In this document: piece by piece, positions 1-9,147 of the stretch
Position numbering within the stretch: position 1 is the stretch's first letter
Layout: the number at the start of each line of letters is the position of its first letter
Virus record (IMG/VR): IMGVR_UViG_2648501336_000002
Reading direction: 5' to 3' (one strand)
DNA length: 41,928 bases
Source of the DNA: a virus
Lineage: Duplodnaviria; Heunggongvirae; Uroviricota; Caudoviricetes
Position numbers and translations under genes: made by a program
The notes under the pieces: generated by a model
The model's input: only the letters and a program-made list of their open reading frames with translations
What the model was told of the DNA's origin: nothing
Database searches by the model: none

Positions 1-819
1 ATGCTTGTTAAATTCAGAATAGATCGAAATACAATTACAAATAACAGCACAATTTTAAACGCTAATGACAATCATTTAATTTACTCAAACCTAAATGACA
101 CAGATATAAACTCAAAAATATTTGACGCTGTAAATGGTGAAATATCAGCAAAGAAACTAGCCGACGAACTATTTCCTGAAAACGAACCACACATTTTTAT
201 ATCTCATAGTAGCAAAGACGTAAATGTAGCAATAAGTCTAGCAAACACTCTTTATGCAAAATATAAGATAACATCTTTCATTGACTCCCAACTTTGGGGA
301 CATATTGACCACGCACTAAAGGAAATGCATAATCGATACTGCAAGATCCCCGGCTCATCTTATTACCACTATGATAAATCTAATAACCTACTATCTCATA
401 TGCACGCCATACTAAGTATGGCTTTAATGAGAGTAATGGATAACGCTGACAGCGTTATATTTATCGAATCCGGCAACTCAATTTACCAATATATGGGAGA
501 TACTACCATTGCTCCCCAAGAAGCAATTGAAAAAACATCTGAAACATTATCTCCATGGATATCCTCTGAGGTGAATTTTGCAAATACCTTAAGATTGAAA
601 GGCCATAAAGATAGAGAACAACCATTAATGGAAAGCACAGATTCATACTCTTTAAACAAGAGTAATATTAAAGCAGACTCCTTACCCAAAATAATACATG
701 AAGTCAACTTAAGTAAATTCATAGAGATAGACAACAAAAAATTCAAAGAGTCTTTATCATTAAATGAAACAAATCCAATAAAAACTTTAGATATGATTTA
801 CCAAATATATGCTCAATAG
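1..819 (+). CDS. TIR-like domain protein (bacterial TIR / ThsB-like); accessory gene, 5' end possibly cut by window edge
   Basis: 272-aa ORF, visibly AT-rich; motif HIFISHSSKD resembles the FISH-type beta-A motif of bacterial TIR domains, with conserved Glu candidates downstream (FIESGN, WISSE). No search run. Confidence 0.45.
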   Translation: MLVKFRIDRNTITNNSTILNANDNHLIYSNLNDTDINSKIFDAVNGEISAKKLADELFPENEPHIFISHSSKDVNVAISLANTLYAKYKITSFIDSQLWGHIDHALKEMHNRYCKIPGSSYYHYDKSNNLLSHMHAILSMALMRVMDNADSVIFIESGNSIYQYMGDTTIAPQEAIEKTSETLSPWISSEVNFANTLRLKGHKDREQPLMESTDSYSLNKSNIKADSLPKIIHEVNLSKFIEIDNKKFKESLSLNETNPIKTLDMIYQIYAQ

Positions 820-847
820 GTAGTTTTTATTTTTAGCATCTAATAAA

Positions 848-879
848 CCGTTGGCACATCATATACAACGTGCCAACGG
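848..879. terminator. 10-bp perfect inverted repeat hairpin after the TIR-like gene (possible bidirectional terminator)
   Basis: CCGTTGGCAC-12 nt-GTGCCAACGG; T-rich flank on the minus strand, weaker on the plus strand. Confidence 0.4.
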
Positions 880-1026
880 AACGAGTCAATTACAATTATT
901 TTATGGCAGGAAAAACTGACGAATCAATATCTGGTTCGGTTGCTGTATCAATACGGTTCAGCAACACCTAATATTTCTTCCATGCCGCCAGCAATGAGGT
1001 CTCCTCTGCCGCCACAATACCCAAAT

Positions 1027-1167
1027 CTACGGCATCCTGAAGCGGTGCAATATGCTCACCCTGATTTTATCTTCAAAAATCCGGTCGCATCCTGCACAGT
1101 TCAACGCATTACGTTGTAGATCGGTATTCTGGTCATTTGTTGATACGCGTACATAGCCAATAAGCAT
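1027..1167 (-). pseudogene. Serine DNA invertase (Gin/Pin/Cin/Hin family) N-terminal remnant, truncated after about 34 conserved codons
   Basis: Minus-strand ATG at 1167 translates to [34 protein letters not shown], a near-exact match to the conserved invertase N-terminus including the catalytic Ser; it then diverges and stops at codon 47 (TAG, 1029..1027). Confidence 0.7.
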
Positions 1168-1193
1168 GGTAGATCTCCCTGACAAAAGCAGGA

Positions 1194-1586
1194 ATGATGC
1201 CATTTGCTCGTTATTTCTGCATTTTCATAAACGTTGGTTTGGGAGAAGCGGCTAAAAGGAATGTAGGGACAGGGGCGAATCAGATACCTGATATGGGTAG
1301 CTTCACGCTTTCTGTTTCAGGTACTGGATATCAAAAATTACCATCAGGTTTTATTCTTCAGTGGGGTTCAATCGGCGCACCAGGCATTGCACAGGATGTG
1401 GTAACCCATTTTCCGATTGCATTTCCAAACCGATGTCTGCGTGTTTTGGTCTCACAAGACTACACACCAGATAGCGGGGCTGTTGGTTATATTGCCTGCG
1501 CAGGTTTTAGTTCCGACCCGGTTAAATTTATATCCAGAGCCGGTACTCCAGGTCTCGGCGCTTCATTTTTAGCGTTAGGCTGTTAA
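1194..1586 (+). CDS. Alternative tail-fibre C-terminal cassette (Sv'-like), promoterless, expressed only after inversion
   Basis: Tail-fibre-tip-like sequence; encodes NVGLGE at the crossover site, matching NLGLGE in the expressed tail-fibre gene. Confidence 0.55.
   Translation: MMPFARYFCIFINVGLGEAAKRNVGTGANQIPDMGSFTLSVSGTGYQKLPSGFILQWGSIGAPGIAQDVVTHFPIAFPNRCLRVLVSQDYTPDSGAVGYIACAGFSSDPVKFISRAGTPGLGASFLALGC
1222..1247. repeat. hix/gix-like recombination site (right boundary of invertible segment)
   Basis: TTTTCATAAACGTTGGTTTGGGAGAA; 20/26 identical to the reverse complement of the site at 3090..3115, with the AAACnnnGGTTT core typical of Hin/Gin-type crossover sites. Confidence 0.55.
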
Positions 1587-1607
1587 TTTAGCTATATGGA
1601 GTGAAAA

Positions 1608-2048
1608 ATGAATTACATATATTCCGCGACTACAAACTCTTTCTATCCACTGGAAATGAAAGAGGATTACACTCAAGCTGACTCATGGCCAGATGATGCT
1701 GTTGAAGTTGATGAGCAGGTGTATATTGAGTTTTCCGGATTACCGCCGGAAGGAAAAATCCGTATCGCTGGAGAAAATGGTTTTCCTGCATGGTCTGAAA
1801 TTCCACCACCAACACCTGAGGAACAGATTGCTGCAGCCGAACTGGAAAAGCAGCAACTGATTAATCAGGCCAACGATTATATGAACAGTAAACAATGGCC
1901 TGGTAAAGCGGCTATTGGTCGTCTGAAAGGTGAGGAACTGGCGCAATATAATCTGTGGCTGGATTATCTGGACGCACTGGAGCTGGTCGATACTTCCAGT
2001 GCGCCAGATATTGAATGGCCTACGCCTCCGGCAGTTCAGGCCAGATGA
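1608..2048 (+). CDS. Tail fibre assembly protein (alternative copy, U'-like)
   Basis: 146 aa, C-terminal region typical of tail-fibre assembly proteins (DYLDALELVDTSSAPDIEWPTPP); convergent with and overlapping the minus-strand copy. Confidence 0.65.
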   Translation: MNYIYSATTNSFYPLEMKEDYTQADSWPDDAVEVDEQVYIEFSGLPPEGKIRIAGENGFPAWSEIPPPTPEEQIAAAELEKQQLINQANDYMNSKQWPGKAAIGRLKGEELAQYNLWLDYLDALELVDTSSAPDIEWPTPPAVQAR

Positions 2049-2622
2049 CATCCGGCGCGGTGCTGGTATCTGTTGCCGTCACCGCGTCAATGTAATCCAG
2101 CACAGCGTTAAGCCGGGTTGTTTCTGCCTGCGTCAGTTTCCGCCCGGCCTGTAATTTCAGCTGAATCAGACTAATGGAAGCCATTGCTGCATCAATCAGT
2201 GACTGGCGCTGTGCTTCTGCCGCTTCTACTGCGGCACCGTGTTGTGCCTCAGAATCTGTCACCCATTTCTCACCATCCCATTTATCATATGTCGTTAACG
2301 GGACGATAGTGGTTGTATTTTCAGGGTAATCACCCGGAGCTGTGATTTCTTTTGCTTCTCCTGTTTCGGTGCTATAGATAATTTCACCGCGATGGTCTGG
2401 CATATATTCCCATGAGTTTAAATCTACTGAACGGCAGATTGCATAACCAGCCTTATATGTGCCAGGAGCATCTAAACAGGAATATGCCGGGATACCGACA
2501 CCAACGGCAAGATATTCATTTGAAGTGGAAATATATTCCCGTGTTTCACCATCATAGTTATAGACGGTAATATTCCCCGCCTTCGTGGCAATAAGTTCGC
2601 TATTTAATACGGCTTTATCCAT
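2020..2622 (-). CDS. Tail fibre assembly protein (U-like, currently expressed orientation)
   Basis: 200 aa immediately downstream of the tail-fibre gene; C-terminus LDYIDAVTATDTSTAPDVIWPELP parallels the plus-strand copy. Confidence 0.7.
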   Translation of the reverse strand: MDKAVLNSELIATKAGNITVYNYDGETREYISTSNEYLAVGVGIPAYSCLDAPGTYKAGYAICRSVDLNSWEYMPDHRGEIIYSTETGEAKEITAPGDYPENTTTIVPLTTYDKWDGEKWVTDSEAQHGAAVEAAEAQRQSLIDAAMASISLIQLKLQAGRKLTQAETTRLNAVLDYIDAVTATDTSTAPDVIWPELPEA

Positions 2623-3458
2623 TATGCAGCTCTCACGATATAGTTAAATGCAATATTTCGTGGACGGGTTTCGCTCCCACCTGTGTTACCAATACTCCCT
2701 CGTGTATGTAGCGTTGGTGATGGAATCAGAGTTCCTCCGGCATCGGCAGCATCAAGCCCCCGGCCTTGCGTATATGCTCTTCTGAAGATTGTCGCCAGTT
2801 CCCATTCCTCTTTTGAATCATACCCATCGTTGGCAACAACAATATGGCGGTGTTTTTCCAGCATCCCAGTCTGAATGCTCAATAAAGCACGTCCTGCATC
2901 AATACCACGCCCGTCATCCCATCCACGAATAAACTCACCACGGAGATCAGGTAGTTTCCCTGATGGATATGCTGTAGCAAGATGGGGATATTTCACCTTA
3001 TCAAAGGCAGCGCCGTTGCATTTCAGCCAGCCCGTTGGCGGGGTTGCGGAGGGCCACGGAACAGGCACACCAACAGGTAATGCAGAGCCTTCTCCCAAAC
3101 CAAGGTTTTCGAGAGCCGTTTTCACCGTGCCATCCGATTTGATATCACCAAACGGATTCTTGCGGCTCAGGTATTCAACAGCAAACCCCGATCCCAGCAA
3201 TTCAACAAAACCGGGCAGATCACCATTATCAAGCACATCCCGTTGCGTTTTATCACTTACAAACTGGGCCAGAGCTGCAGCAATAAAGCTGGCCTGCCGA
3301 ATAACCTTATTGACTTGCGCACTGGAGGCTTTCCCTGCTGTAAATCCGGATAAAAGCGCGGGCAACGCTTCCCATTCCTCCTGCGATATAACATTGGCAT
3401 TTCGATCCGTTGCAAACGCTTTAAAGTCATTTTTCGCCATCAGAGTAATACTCCCCAT
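2622..3458 (-). CDS. Tail fibre protein (constant N-terminal part plus variable C-terminus)
   Basis: 278 aa following the baseplate genes; contains the crossover site inside the codons for ALENLGLGE. Confidence 0.65.
   Translation of the reverse strand: MGSITLMAKNDFKAFATDRNANVISQEEWEALPALLSGFTAGKASSAQVNKVIRQASFIAAALAQFVSDKTQRDVLDNGDLPGFVELLGSGFAVEYLSRKNPFGDIKSDGTVKTALENLGLGEGSALPVGVPVPWPSATPPTGWLKCNGAAFDKVKYPHLATAYPSGKLPDLRGEFIRGWDDGRGIDAGRALLSIQTGMLEKHRHIVVANDGYDSKEEWELATIFRRAYTQGRGLDAADAGGTLIPSPTLHTRGSIGNTGGSETRPRNIAFNYIVRAA
3090..3115. repeat. hix/gix-like recombination site (left boundary, inside tail-fibre gene)
   Basis: TTCTCCCAAACCAAGGTTTTCGAGAG, an imperfect dyad with the AAACC-nn-GGTTT core. 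Confidence 0.55.
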
Positions 3459-4120
3459 GCTCCTACATCAAAACCACTGATGAATTCGTTATCCATATCA
3501 AAACCAAAAAATTTTGAGCCTTCCGATGGGGTTTCCACCGAAGGTGTTTCAATGCCACCCGCCCATACCCCGGCGGCTTTTACTGTGAGATACCCCTGTT
3601 TAATTGCCGCAATTAACTCACGCGATACATCTGAAATATCAGTATCAGGAAAGACCCAGACCGATATCGTCATGTCCTGGTTATCGACTATCTGCATTCG
3701 CAGCCCGGATCCTGCTGTTGCAGCGTCAAGAATTGCCGGAAGCGAATCATTCCGTCCATCCCAGTTATTAATCGCAATCTTCGCTTTAAGAATGACACGA
3801 TAAGTTTCATCGCTGAGGTACATGTATCCGGAATCAGGATCGTATGGTCCCTGCCATACCCCCTGATCATATCCAAGCCCGTCGGTATCCCAGCTGAAAT
3901 AGACACCTGAGATAGGCTGGCTGACAACACGGCTACGTCCGATCCACAATCCCAGAATGTCAAGTTGCACACCAACCGCAGAGTCAATATCAAATGCAGT
4001 AATCAGCCCTCTGGTGGCAGCCGCAACATCAATAAGCGGCCGGGTCATCAGATCAACATGCGCAAGAAATTTAGGTTTGGTGGCGTGGTAGTTCGTGATT
4101 AGTTCGGTGTATTTGCTCAT
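3440..4120 (-). CDS. Baseplate/tail protein (Mu gp48-like)
   Basis: 226 aa between the baseplate J-like gene and the tail fibre; synteny with Mu-type baseplate modules. Confidence 0.45.
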   Translation of the reverse strand: MSKYTELITNYHATKPKFLAHVDLMTRPLIDVAAATRGLITAFDIDSAVGVQLDILGLWIGRSRVVSQPISGVYFSWDTDGLGYDQGVWQGPYDPDSGYMYLSDETYRVILKAKIAINNWDGRNDSLPAILDAATAGSGLRMQIVDNQDMTISVWVFPDTDISDVSRELIAAIKQGYLTVKAAGVWAGGIETPSVETPSEGSKFFGFDMDNEFISGFDVGAWGVLL

Positions 4121-5316
4121 GACTCCACCGTTATAACGATATTTTCCGGGGTACAGGACGCAGATTCGTTGTATCTGATATCAATGTTTGATGACGACAA
4201 AACCCCCGGGGATTTCCCAATCGTCAGTTCCTGAATATCGTAATAGCGTGCATTCCCGCCACTCACCACGCCAAGATTCGCCGGTGAGTAAATGCGACTT
4301 AAAAGGACCGAATCACCAATCGTCAGACTATTGATATAGTCGGAAATAGCCTGCTGGATCTGCTGCCCTATCTGTGAGGTATAACCCGTAAAAACTTTTA
4401 ATTTAATCAGGGCATAAACAGGCACATCACTGGAACGCGAGAATTTGATTACATGGGGATTGCCGTATTTATCCGGAACCGTAACGGATGTTGTACCGTG
4501 AGTGGCTGTCCCCTGGCCTTTATTCCCTCTGATAGCCTGAGCAATATCCGTTACATCACCGCCATCCACAATTACAGCAACAGAGTGTGGCGGTAACCCG
4601 TTACCGTCCTCCGAACCAGTATCGTTTTCATAGAGTTTGTGGCGGGTTACACCGGTAACATTAGAAACAGCACCATCCAGTGCTTCAAATGGGGTTATTG
4701 ATGGCAACGCAACACTTTGCGACTGGCGGATACGTAACTCAGCGTCAGTTTCTGCCGGAGTGCCCACAGTAGCCGCAGCAGGATTAGTTACCGAAACCCA
4801 GCCACGGGTTGGCGTATTAATTTCAGTGATAGTTCCAGCCAGCGCCGCCACTGCACCACTGACGGAACATGTTGCGGTCACCATCACTGTACCATCCACG
4901 CCGACCACCACTGAAGCAGGCAAACGCCATATCACATTATTACTGTCTTTCACGCTGCCATTAATGATGGTTGTTCCGGCAGTTCCTGTAAGAAGCAAAT
5001 CAACCGTAGAATTCGTCGCGCCTTTACGTGAAATACCATTTATTTTCACGTTACTGGTCAGTGCGGCTCCATAGCCGGTTGCTGGTGAAAAACAGTTGTA
5101 GACAGTTATCGCCATATTATTGGCATCATGAATCGCCAGCGCCATCAGAGCCACCATCTGGCCGTCTTTGCTGTCCGGTTCGAGGTAGGCATCACTGCCA
5201 TAAATCTGCTGAAAATAGCTAATCAGGGTGCTGAGTATCGTCTGATAATCAGGCGCACTGATCCCCTCTGCGGTTACCTTTGCAGATAAACCGAGAGAAT
5301 CAAGGTTCAGAGCCAT
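4117..5316 (-). CDS. Baseplate J-like protein (Mu gp47-like)
   Basis: 399 aa; size and position in a gp45-gp46-gp47-gp48 order. Confidence 0.6.
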   Translation of the reverse strand: MALNLDSLGLSAKVTAEGISAPDYQTILSTLISYFQQIYGSDAYLEPDSKDGQMVALMALAIHDANNMAITVYNCFSPATGYGAALTSNVKINGISRKGATNSTVDLLLTGTAGTTIINGSVKDSNNVIWRLPASVVVGVDGTVMVTATCSVSGAVAALAGTITEINTPTRGWVSVTNPAAATVGTPAETDAELRIRQSQSVALPSITPFEALDGAVSNVTGVTRHKLYENDTGSEDGNGLPPHSVAVIVDGGDVTDIAQAIRGNKGQGTATHGTTSVTVPDKYGNPHVIKFSRSSDVPVYALIKLKVFTGYTSQIGQQIQQAISDYINSLTIGDSVLLSRIYSPANLGVVSGGNARYYDIQELTIGKSPGVLSSSNIDIRYNESASCTPENIVITVES

Positions 5317-5669
5317 TACGCCTCCGATGTAACAGTCGTTATTCCATAGAGAGTGTCGATTTCAGTGGAAAACCTGACACGTCGGGTCGTGGTATCCACC
5401 GTAGTATTGAAAGAGAGGATTGATTTAACGCCCCGCGTTTCGAGGATGCGCTTACGGATCGCCAGGTTGTAGGTTTCCGGCTTCTGCTTACCGAGTACGG
5501 ACTGGATCCACGGAGTCCCCTCGGTGGTGTCGAGAAACCATTGCCCATACCACAATTCGAATCGCGTTTTTACCGCCTGCGCCACGGCCTCCGGTGAGTT
5601 AATCAGCCAGGTGTCATCACCGCTGCCAAAGGTGTAATCGCCATCGGCGTCTTCACGTCTGTATCGCAT
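5316..5669 (-). CDS. Baseplate protein (Mu gp46 / W-like)
   Basis: 117 aa, translationally coupled to neighbours; synteny. Confidence 0.45.
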   Translation of the reverse strand: MRYRREDADGDYTFGSGDDTWLINSPEAVAQAVKTRFELWYGQWFLDTTEGTPWIQSVLGKQKPETYNLAIRKRILETRGVKSILSFNTTVDTTTRRVRFSTEIDTLYGITTVTSEA

Positions 5670-6442
5670 CAGTTTACCCCATCGGTATTGCTTCCACCGC
5701 GCTGAACACCGCCATGAGTGTGCGTATCATCGATTGGCTTGCCGTTAGCCTTAACGCTCCCCAAGAACTCAACAGCACCAGTGATTTTTGAAGCCACACC
5801 AGAAACAACAGACCCCACCATGCCCCCCATCCAGGTTAACAGGCCATGAATGGTTACTTTCTCAGAAAAATCAGCCAGAGGGGCAACCACATCAAGACCA
5901 CCCGGAGCGACAATTTTAATTTTCCTGGTGTCAGGATTAAGCTCAAAATAGGTGCTGCCGTCGTCACTACGCAACTGTGTGGCACTGGTATTAATACCGC
6001 TAATCTTCCTCGCCTGCGACTGGGGACCGACAATACAAAACGCATCCGATAAATCATGCATTCTGTCATCGACCGGCTCCTGTATCCCGCCACTCTGCCA
6101 CCAGAAATCAATACAACGATCGGCAAAAACGACAAGACACTCATCCCCGGCTTTTACCGGAAAAGTCAACGTACAGCCTCCGCCGCGCGGGAATACCACT
6201 GGTACATCCACCAGCAGCGGGTAATTTTTGGTTACGCGGTTGCCGTCGTTGTCGGTTTCAACCGAACGAATAGCAGGCTGCACAACCGCCGTCACCGCGT
6301 CAGGATCGAATGACTGAACGATGCCAGGCAAAGCGACGCGGATCTGGTTCTTTGTGGTTTCCCGCTCGGATTTGAATGTTTCGGCAAGGTCGCCGCTGCG
6401 GGTCTGGTCAGATACTGCCATTTTGTAGGCTCCAGAAAGCAA
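5669..6442 (-). CDS. Baseplate assembly / spike protein (Mu gp45 / V-like)
   Basis: 257 aa in the track, using a TTG at 6442; a more likely start is ATG at 6421 (MAVSDQT) with a GGAG Shine-Dalgarno upstream. Confidence 0.55.
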   Translation of the reverse strand: MLSGAYKMAVSDQTRSGDLAETFKSERETTKNQIRVALPGIVQSFDPDAVTAVVQPAIRSVETDNDGNRVTKNYPLLVDVPVVFPRGGGCTLTFPVKAGDECLVVFADRCIDFWWQSGGIQEPVDDRMHDLSDAFCIVGPQSQARKISGINTSATQLRSDDGSTYFELNPDTRKIKIVAPGGLDVVAPLADFSEKVTIHGLLTWMGGMVGSVVSGVASKITGAVEFLGSVKANGKPIDDTHTHGGVQRGGSNTDGVN

Positions 6443-6465
6443 AAAACCCGCCGGGTGGCGGGTTT
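6438..6465 (-). terminator. Rho-independent terminator after the accessory cassette
   Basis: Minus strand: AAACCCGCC-ACCC-GGCGGGTTT followed by a T-run; sits between the stop of the 131-aa gene (6483) and the baseplate V-like start. Confidence 0.6.
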
Positions 6466-6482
6466 GATAACGTTAATTTTAT

Positions 6483-6878
6483 TCATGAAGCCCTAGCAGA
6501 CTTTAGCTGTTCCCAGCGCTCAAAATAGAGTTCAGCAGCCTCGATTGCATCCTGTCCCATCTCTTTCGAAACAGTCACATTCGTCAGATCATAGTCAGCT
6601 TCGTTTCTAGCATCCCGCCACTGGCGAAGTACGAAAGCCAGGGATTTCAGTGTATTTGTCGGGTATGGCTCTGATTTGCACTCTGATGGCGTTGACATAT
6701 AACCCACAGTATTTTTGTGATGCTCATGGGTAAAATGCGGTATGGCAGTAAGTGAGCTAATAGACTCATGTAACATACTGTAATACGCCCTTGAAATAGC
6801 GCTTCGAAATCCACTCTCAATATTTTCAGACAGACATAATCGAGCGGTATCGAGAATCTGATTGCTAGTTACCGACAT
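6483..6878 (-). CDS. Small hypothetical protein, possibly HEPN-like helical fold
   Basis: 131 aa, mostly helical; RAYYSMLH and a C-terminal RDARNEADY segment loosely resemble HEPN helices and an Rx4-6H-type motif with Tyr in place of His. Overlaps the upstream gene by 14 nt. Confidence 0.4.
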   Translation of the reverse strand: MSVTSNQILDTARLCLSENIESGFRSAISRAYYSMLHESISSLTAIPHFTHEHHKNTVGYMSTPSECKSEPYPTNTLKSLAFVLRQWRDARNEADYDLTNVTVSKEMGQDAIEAAELYFERWEQLKSARAS

Positions 6879-7638
6879 GGTAGCTCACCCCCGTATGCAA
6901 CTGACGCGGAGAGGTAAATCTAGCTAACAGGGAACAATCATCCAGTTTAGATTCAGCACAGACTCTATCAGCCAAATCGAAATTCATTTTGGCAATAGTT
7001 TTAGGCTCAAGATTTTTAATATCAACAACATAGCAACCGCTTCCACTAAGCTGAACGAAACCTGTCGTAGCCTTGTATTCACTTAGCAAGCCCCAGATTA
7101 TGGATGCTAAGGTCTGAAACTGTTCCTTCGAGCACTGTGTGGCGCTATAAAAATTATCCATTTCTGCAAGGAGTTCTTCTTTGTGCTTCATAGCATTACT
7201 CCTGCCTTCTGATTCAGAAAGAAGCTTAATGTGCTCTTCCATATAAAATTCTAACTGTTCACGCTCACCGCAACGGTACGCCCAACTGTATGCGTTGTGA
7301 CTAAAAAGTTTTGTCCGATACTTCTTTGCCAGCGGGACATAGACATCCTTGAGTTCATTATAGCTAAATGTATTAATTAAAATGTGATGATAGTGCATTG
7401 CCAACGTTACATCGTTTACTTCCAGGCTTATCCTGAGATAACGTAACGCGCTTTCGATCTTTCCGGTTATTGCATCCAGATAAGATAGTGCAATGTTGGT
7501 AGCAGGCGTTGGAGAGACAGAAAGTTCCTCTCGAATTTTCTTTTCAGTGAAGGGATCTAATCTTTCCCTATCCAATAGAAGCGCATTGAATTGTTCAACA
7601 TATTTTTGCGCTTTTTCTAGTGGGATGCCTGCCGCCAT
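6865..7638 (-). CDS. Hypothetical protein, first gene of the accessory two-gene cassette
   Basis: 257 aa, no motif recognised; lower GC than flanking tail genes; preceded by a promoter-like element. Confidence 0.5.
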   Translation of the reverse strand: MAAGIPLEKAQKYVEQFNALLLDRERLDPFTEKKIREELSVSPTPATNIALSYLDAITGKIESALRYLRISLEVNDVTLAMHYHHILINTFSYNELKDVYVPLAKKYRTKLFSHNAYSWAYRCGEREQLEFYMEEHIKLLSESEGRSNAMKHKEELLAEMDNFYSATQCSKEQFQTLASIIWGLLSEYKATTGFVQLSGSGCYVVDIKNLEPKTIAKMNFDLADRVCAESKLDDCSLLARFTSPRQLHTGVSYHVGN

Positions 7639-7667
7639 GGATTATTTCTCTTACTAAAGGGATTGTG

Positions 7668-7696
7668 ATTGTGAACTTTGAACAATATCTCGTCAA
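7668..7696 (-). promoter_or_regulatory. Candidate sigma70 promoter for the two-gene cassette
   Basis: Minus strand: -35 TTGACG (7696..7691), 17-nt spacer, -10 CACAAT (7673..7668), about 30 nt upstream of the ATG at 7638. Confidence 0.25.
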
Positions 7697-7733
7697 CCTT
7701 AAAGCGCTCATCTCGGAAGATTGACATCAAACT

Positions 7734-8081
7734 TTAGCGTAACGCCTTTTTACAAGGGAATGATCCGATGATTCTAGGCGCATCCATGCTGTTCTGCAGA
7801 AGCTGGACGTTCAGAAAAGCTTTTCCGTTACGCTTCACAAACTCAAAGCCGTAATTGTTGCCATCGCGGGAAGGCATCAGGCCCATGTCGGTTTTAACGT
7901 TGTCCCAGTCATCTTTCTGGCCAAGAAACTTAATTTTCTGAGATGTTACCTGTTCGCCGTTGATTTTCGTCCACCCGTTATCAGATGCATGAAGTCGGTA
8001 TCCTCCGCATTGCAAATCAGCGAAAGCCGATGAGCAGGAAAACAGTAACGAAATTGTCAGAACTAACTTCATACGCTTCAT
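7734..8081 (-). CDS. Small secreted protein (signal peptide), moron-like
   Basis: Likely start at 8081 (MKRMKLVLTISLLFSCSSAFA signal peptide); ATGA start/stop overlap with the upstream baseplate hub gene indicates translational coupling. Confidence 0.5.
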   Translation of the reverse strand: MKRMKLVLTISLLFSCSSAFADLQCGGYRLHASDNGWTKINGEQVTSQKIKFLGQKDDWDNVKTDMGLMPSRDGNNYGFEFVKRNGKAFLNVQLLQNSMDAPRIIGSFPCKKALR

Positions 8082-9145
8082 GAATAAAACCTTTGCTGCG
8101 CTGAGGACGAAAGTAAATCCGCCGCACCACGCGCTTCGCACATCATGTCCATGTACCACGCCTGGCCCCTTGTGTCACCAGTGTACATAATCCCGCGCAC
8201 AATATAAACGCCATCCGTTGCGATGCTGGCAGGCTGCGATGTGGTGCCGCTGAGCGTGATATTTCCGTCCGTGTTCTGGTCGGTGATCTGCCCACCGGCC
8301 ATCGCGATATCGTTGCTCGACAGTGCGGTGCGATATACGGAAGCCTGATCAAGCTGAATGAGCCCGTTAACCCGGATGTTCGGATTAATCAGCGCGCGGA
8401 CGTTTACGCCGTTACCGATAGTCTGCTGCGGCATGCCAATAAGCCCGGTAGCGCTGTTGAGCACAATCGCTTCGTGAACATATTCGTTATTCGCCACCAT
8501 CTGGCGCTGACCGTCCACGAATTGCCATGTTGCGCCACATTGCCCGGCTACGTTATCCATAAGATGCCGCGTCATGCCAAAGAGTACCCGCCCCCGGGGG
8601 AATACAGTAGCAGGCATTTCAGGCGTCAGACCTTCAGTCGCGCCTTTGGCCTCGAAGTCTTTCATCAGCGCGCGATTCACGTCTGCGACCGTATAACCGG
8701 CCGCCAGCGTCTGCGAAGTTATGCTGGTGGCAAAAGCCAGATCCGTATCGGCTGCCTGAATCAGAACGTAAGAATCAATGGGGCTGTCTTTTCCTGTTAC
8801 CGAGTAACGAATTTCGCCGCTGAAAATCATCCCATAGTTGCGGCCATCACTCTGGCCCACATCCGCCGCATCGACTTCCCGCACGGTCCCGACGTCGCTG
8901 GCCGATACCTCCGGCGCGATACCGTCGTAACCCGCAATCAGGCGCACTTTCGAAAACTCCTGCCCGGTGATTCGGTTCACAGTATCTGCCGAGAGGTTAT
9001 AAATTTTGATAGTCCCTACCCGGGACGCGCTGCTGATGTTGAACCAGTCGATCGTAAAGGTGACTTTGAAATCACTTAGCTCAATTCCCTGACCGTTCCC
9101 GTCCACAAGCTGCAGCTCGAAATGTCTCATCCAGTTCTGTGACAT
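8078..9145 (-). CDS. Baseplate hub protein (Mu gp44 / P2 D-like)
   Basis: 355 aa; position between the tape-measure region and the baseplate genes. Confidence 0.5.
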   Translation of the reverse strand: MSQNWMRHFELQLVDGNGQGIELSDFKVTFTIDWFNISSASRVGTIKIYNLSADTVNRITGQEFSKVRLIAGYDGIAPEVSASDVGTVREVDAADVGQSDGRNYGMIFSGEIRYSVTGKDSPIDSYVLIQAADTDLAFATSITSQTLAAGYTVADVNRALMKDFEAKGATEGLTPEMPATVFPRGRVLFGMTRHLMDNVAGQCGATWQFVDGQRQMVANNEYVHEAIVLNSATGLIGMPQQTIGNGVNVRALINPNIRVNGLIQLDQASVYRTALSSNDIAMAGGQITDQNTDGNITLSGTTSQPASIATDGVYIVRGIMYTGDTRGQAWYMDMMCEARGAADLLSSSAQQRFYS

Positions 9146-9147
9146 GC

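Larger units (their letters stand above)
1222..3115. other. Invertible tail-fibre segment (Mu G-segment / P1 C-segment-like), about 1.9 kb
   Basis: Inverted 26-bp sites flank two convergent tail-fibre C-terminus plus assembly-chaperone sets; an invertase remnant lies immediately outside. Confidence 0.55.

Noticed and set aside
1027-1167. Functional full-length invertase
   Set aside because: Only the first ~34 residues match the conserved invertase N-terminus; the frame stops at codon 47 and no continuation in another frame resembles an invertase.
2875-3480. 201-aa plus-strand ORF
   Set aside because: Antisense to the tail-fibre gene, whose frame is supported by the crossover-site match.
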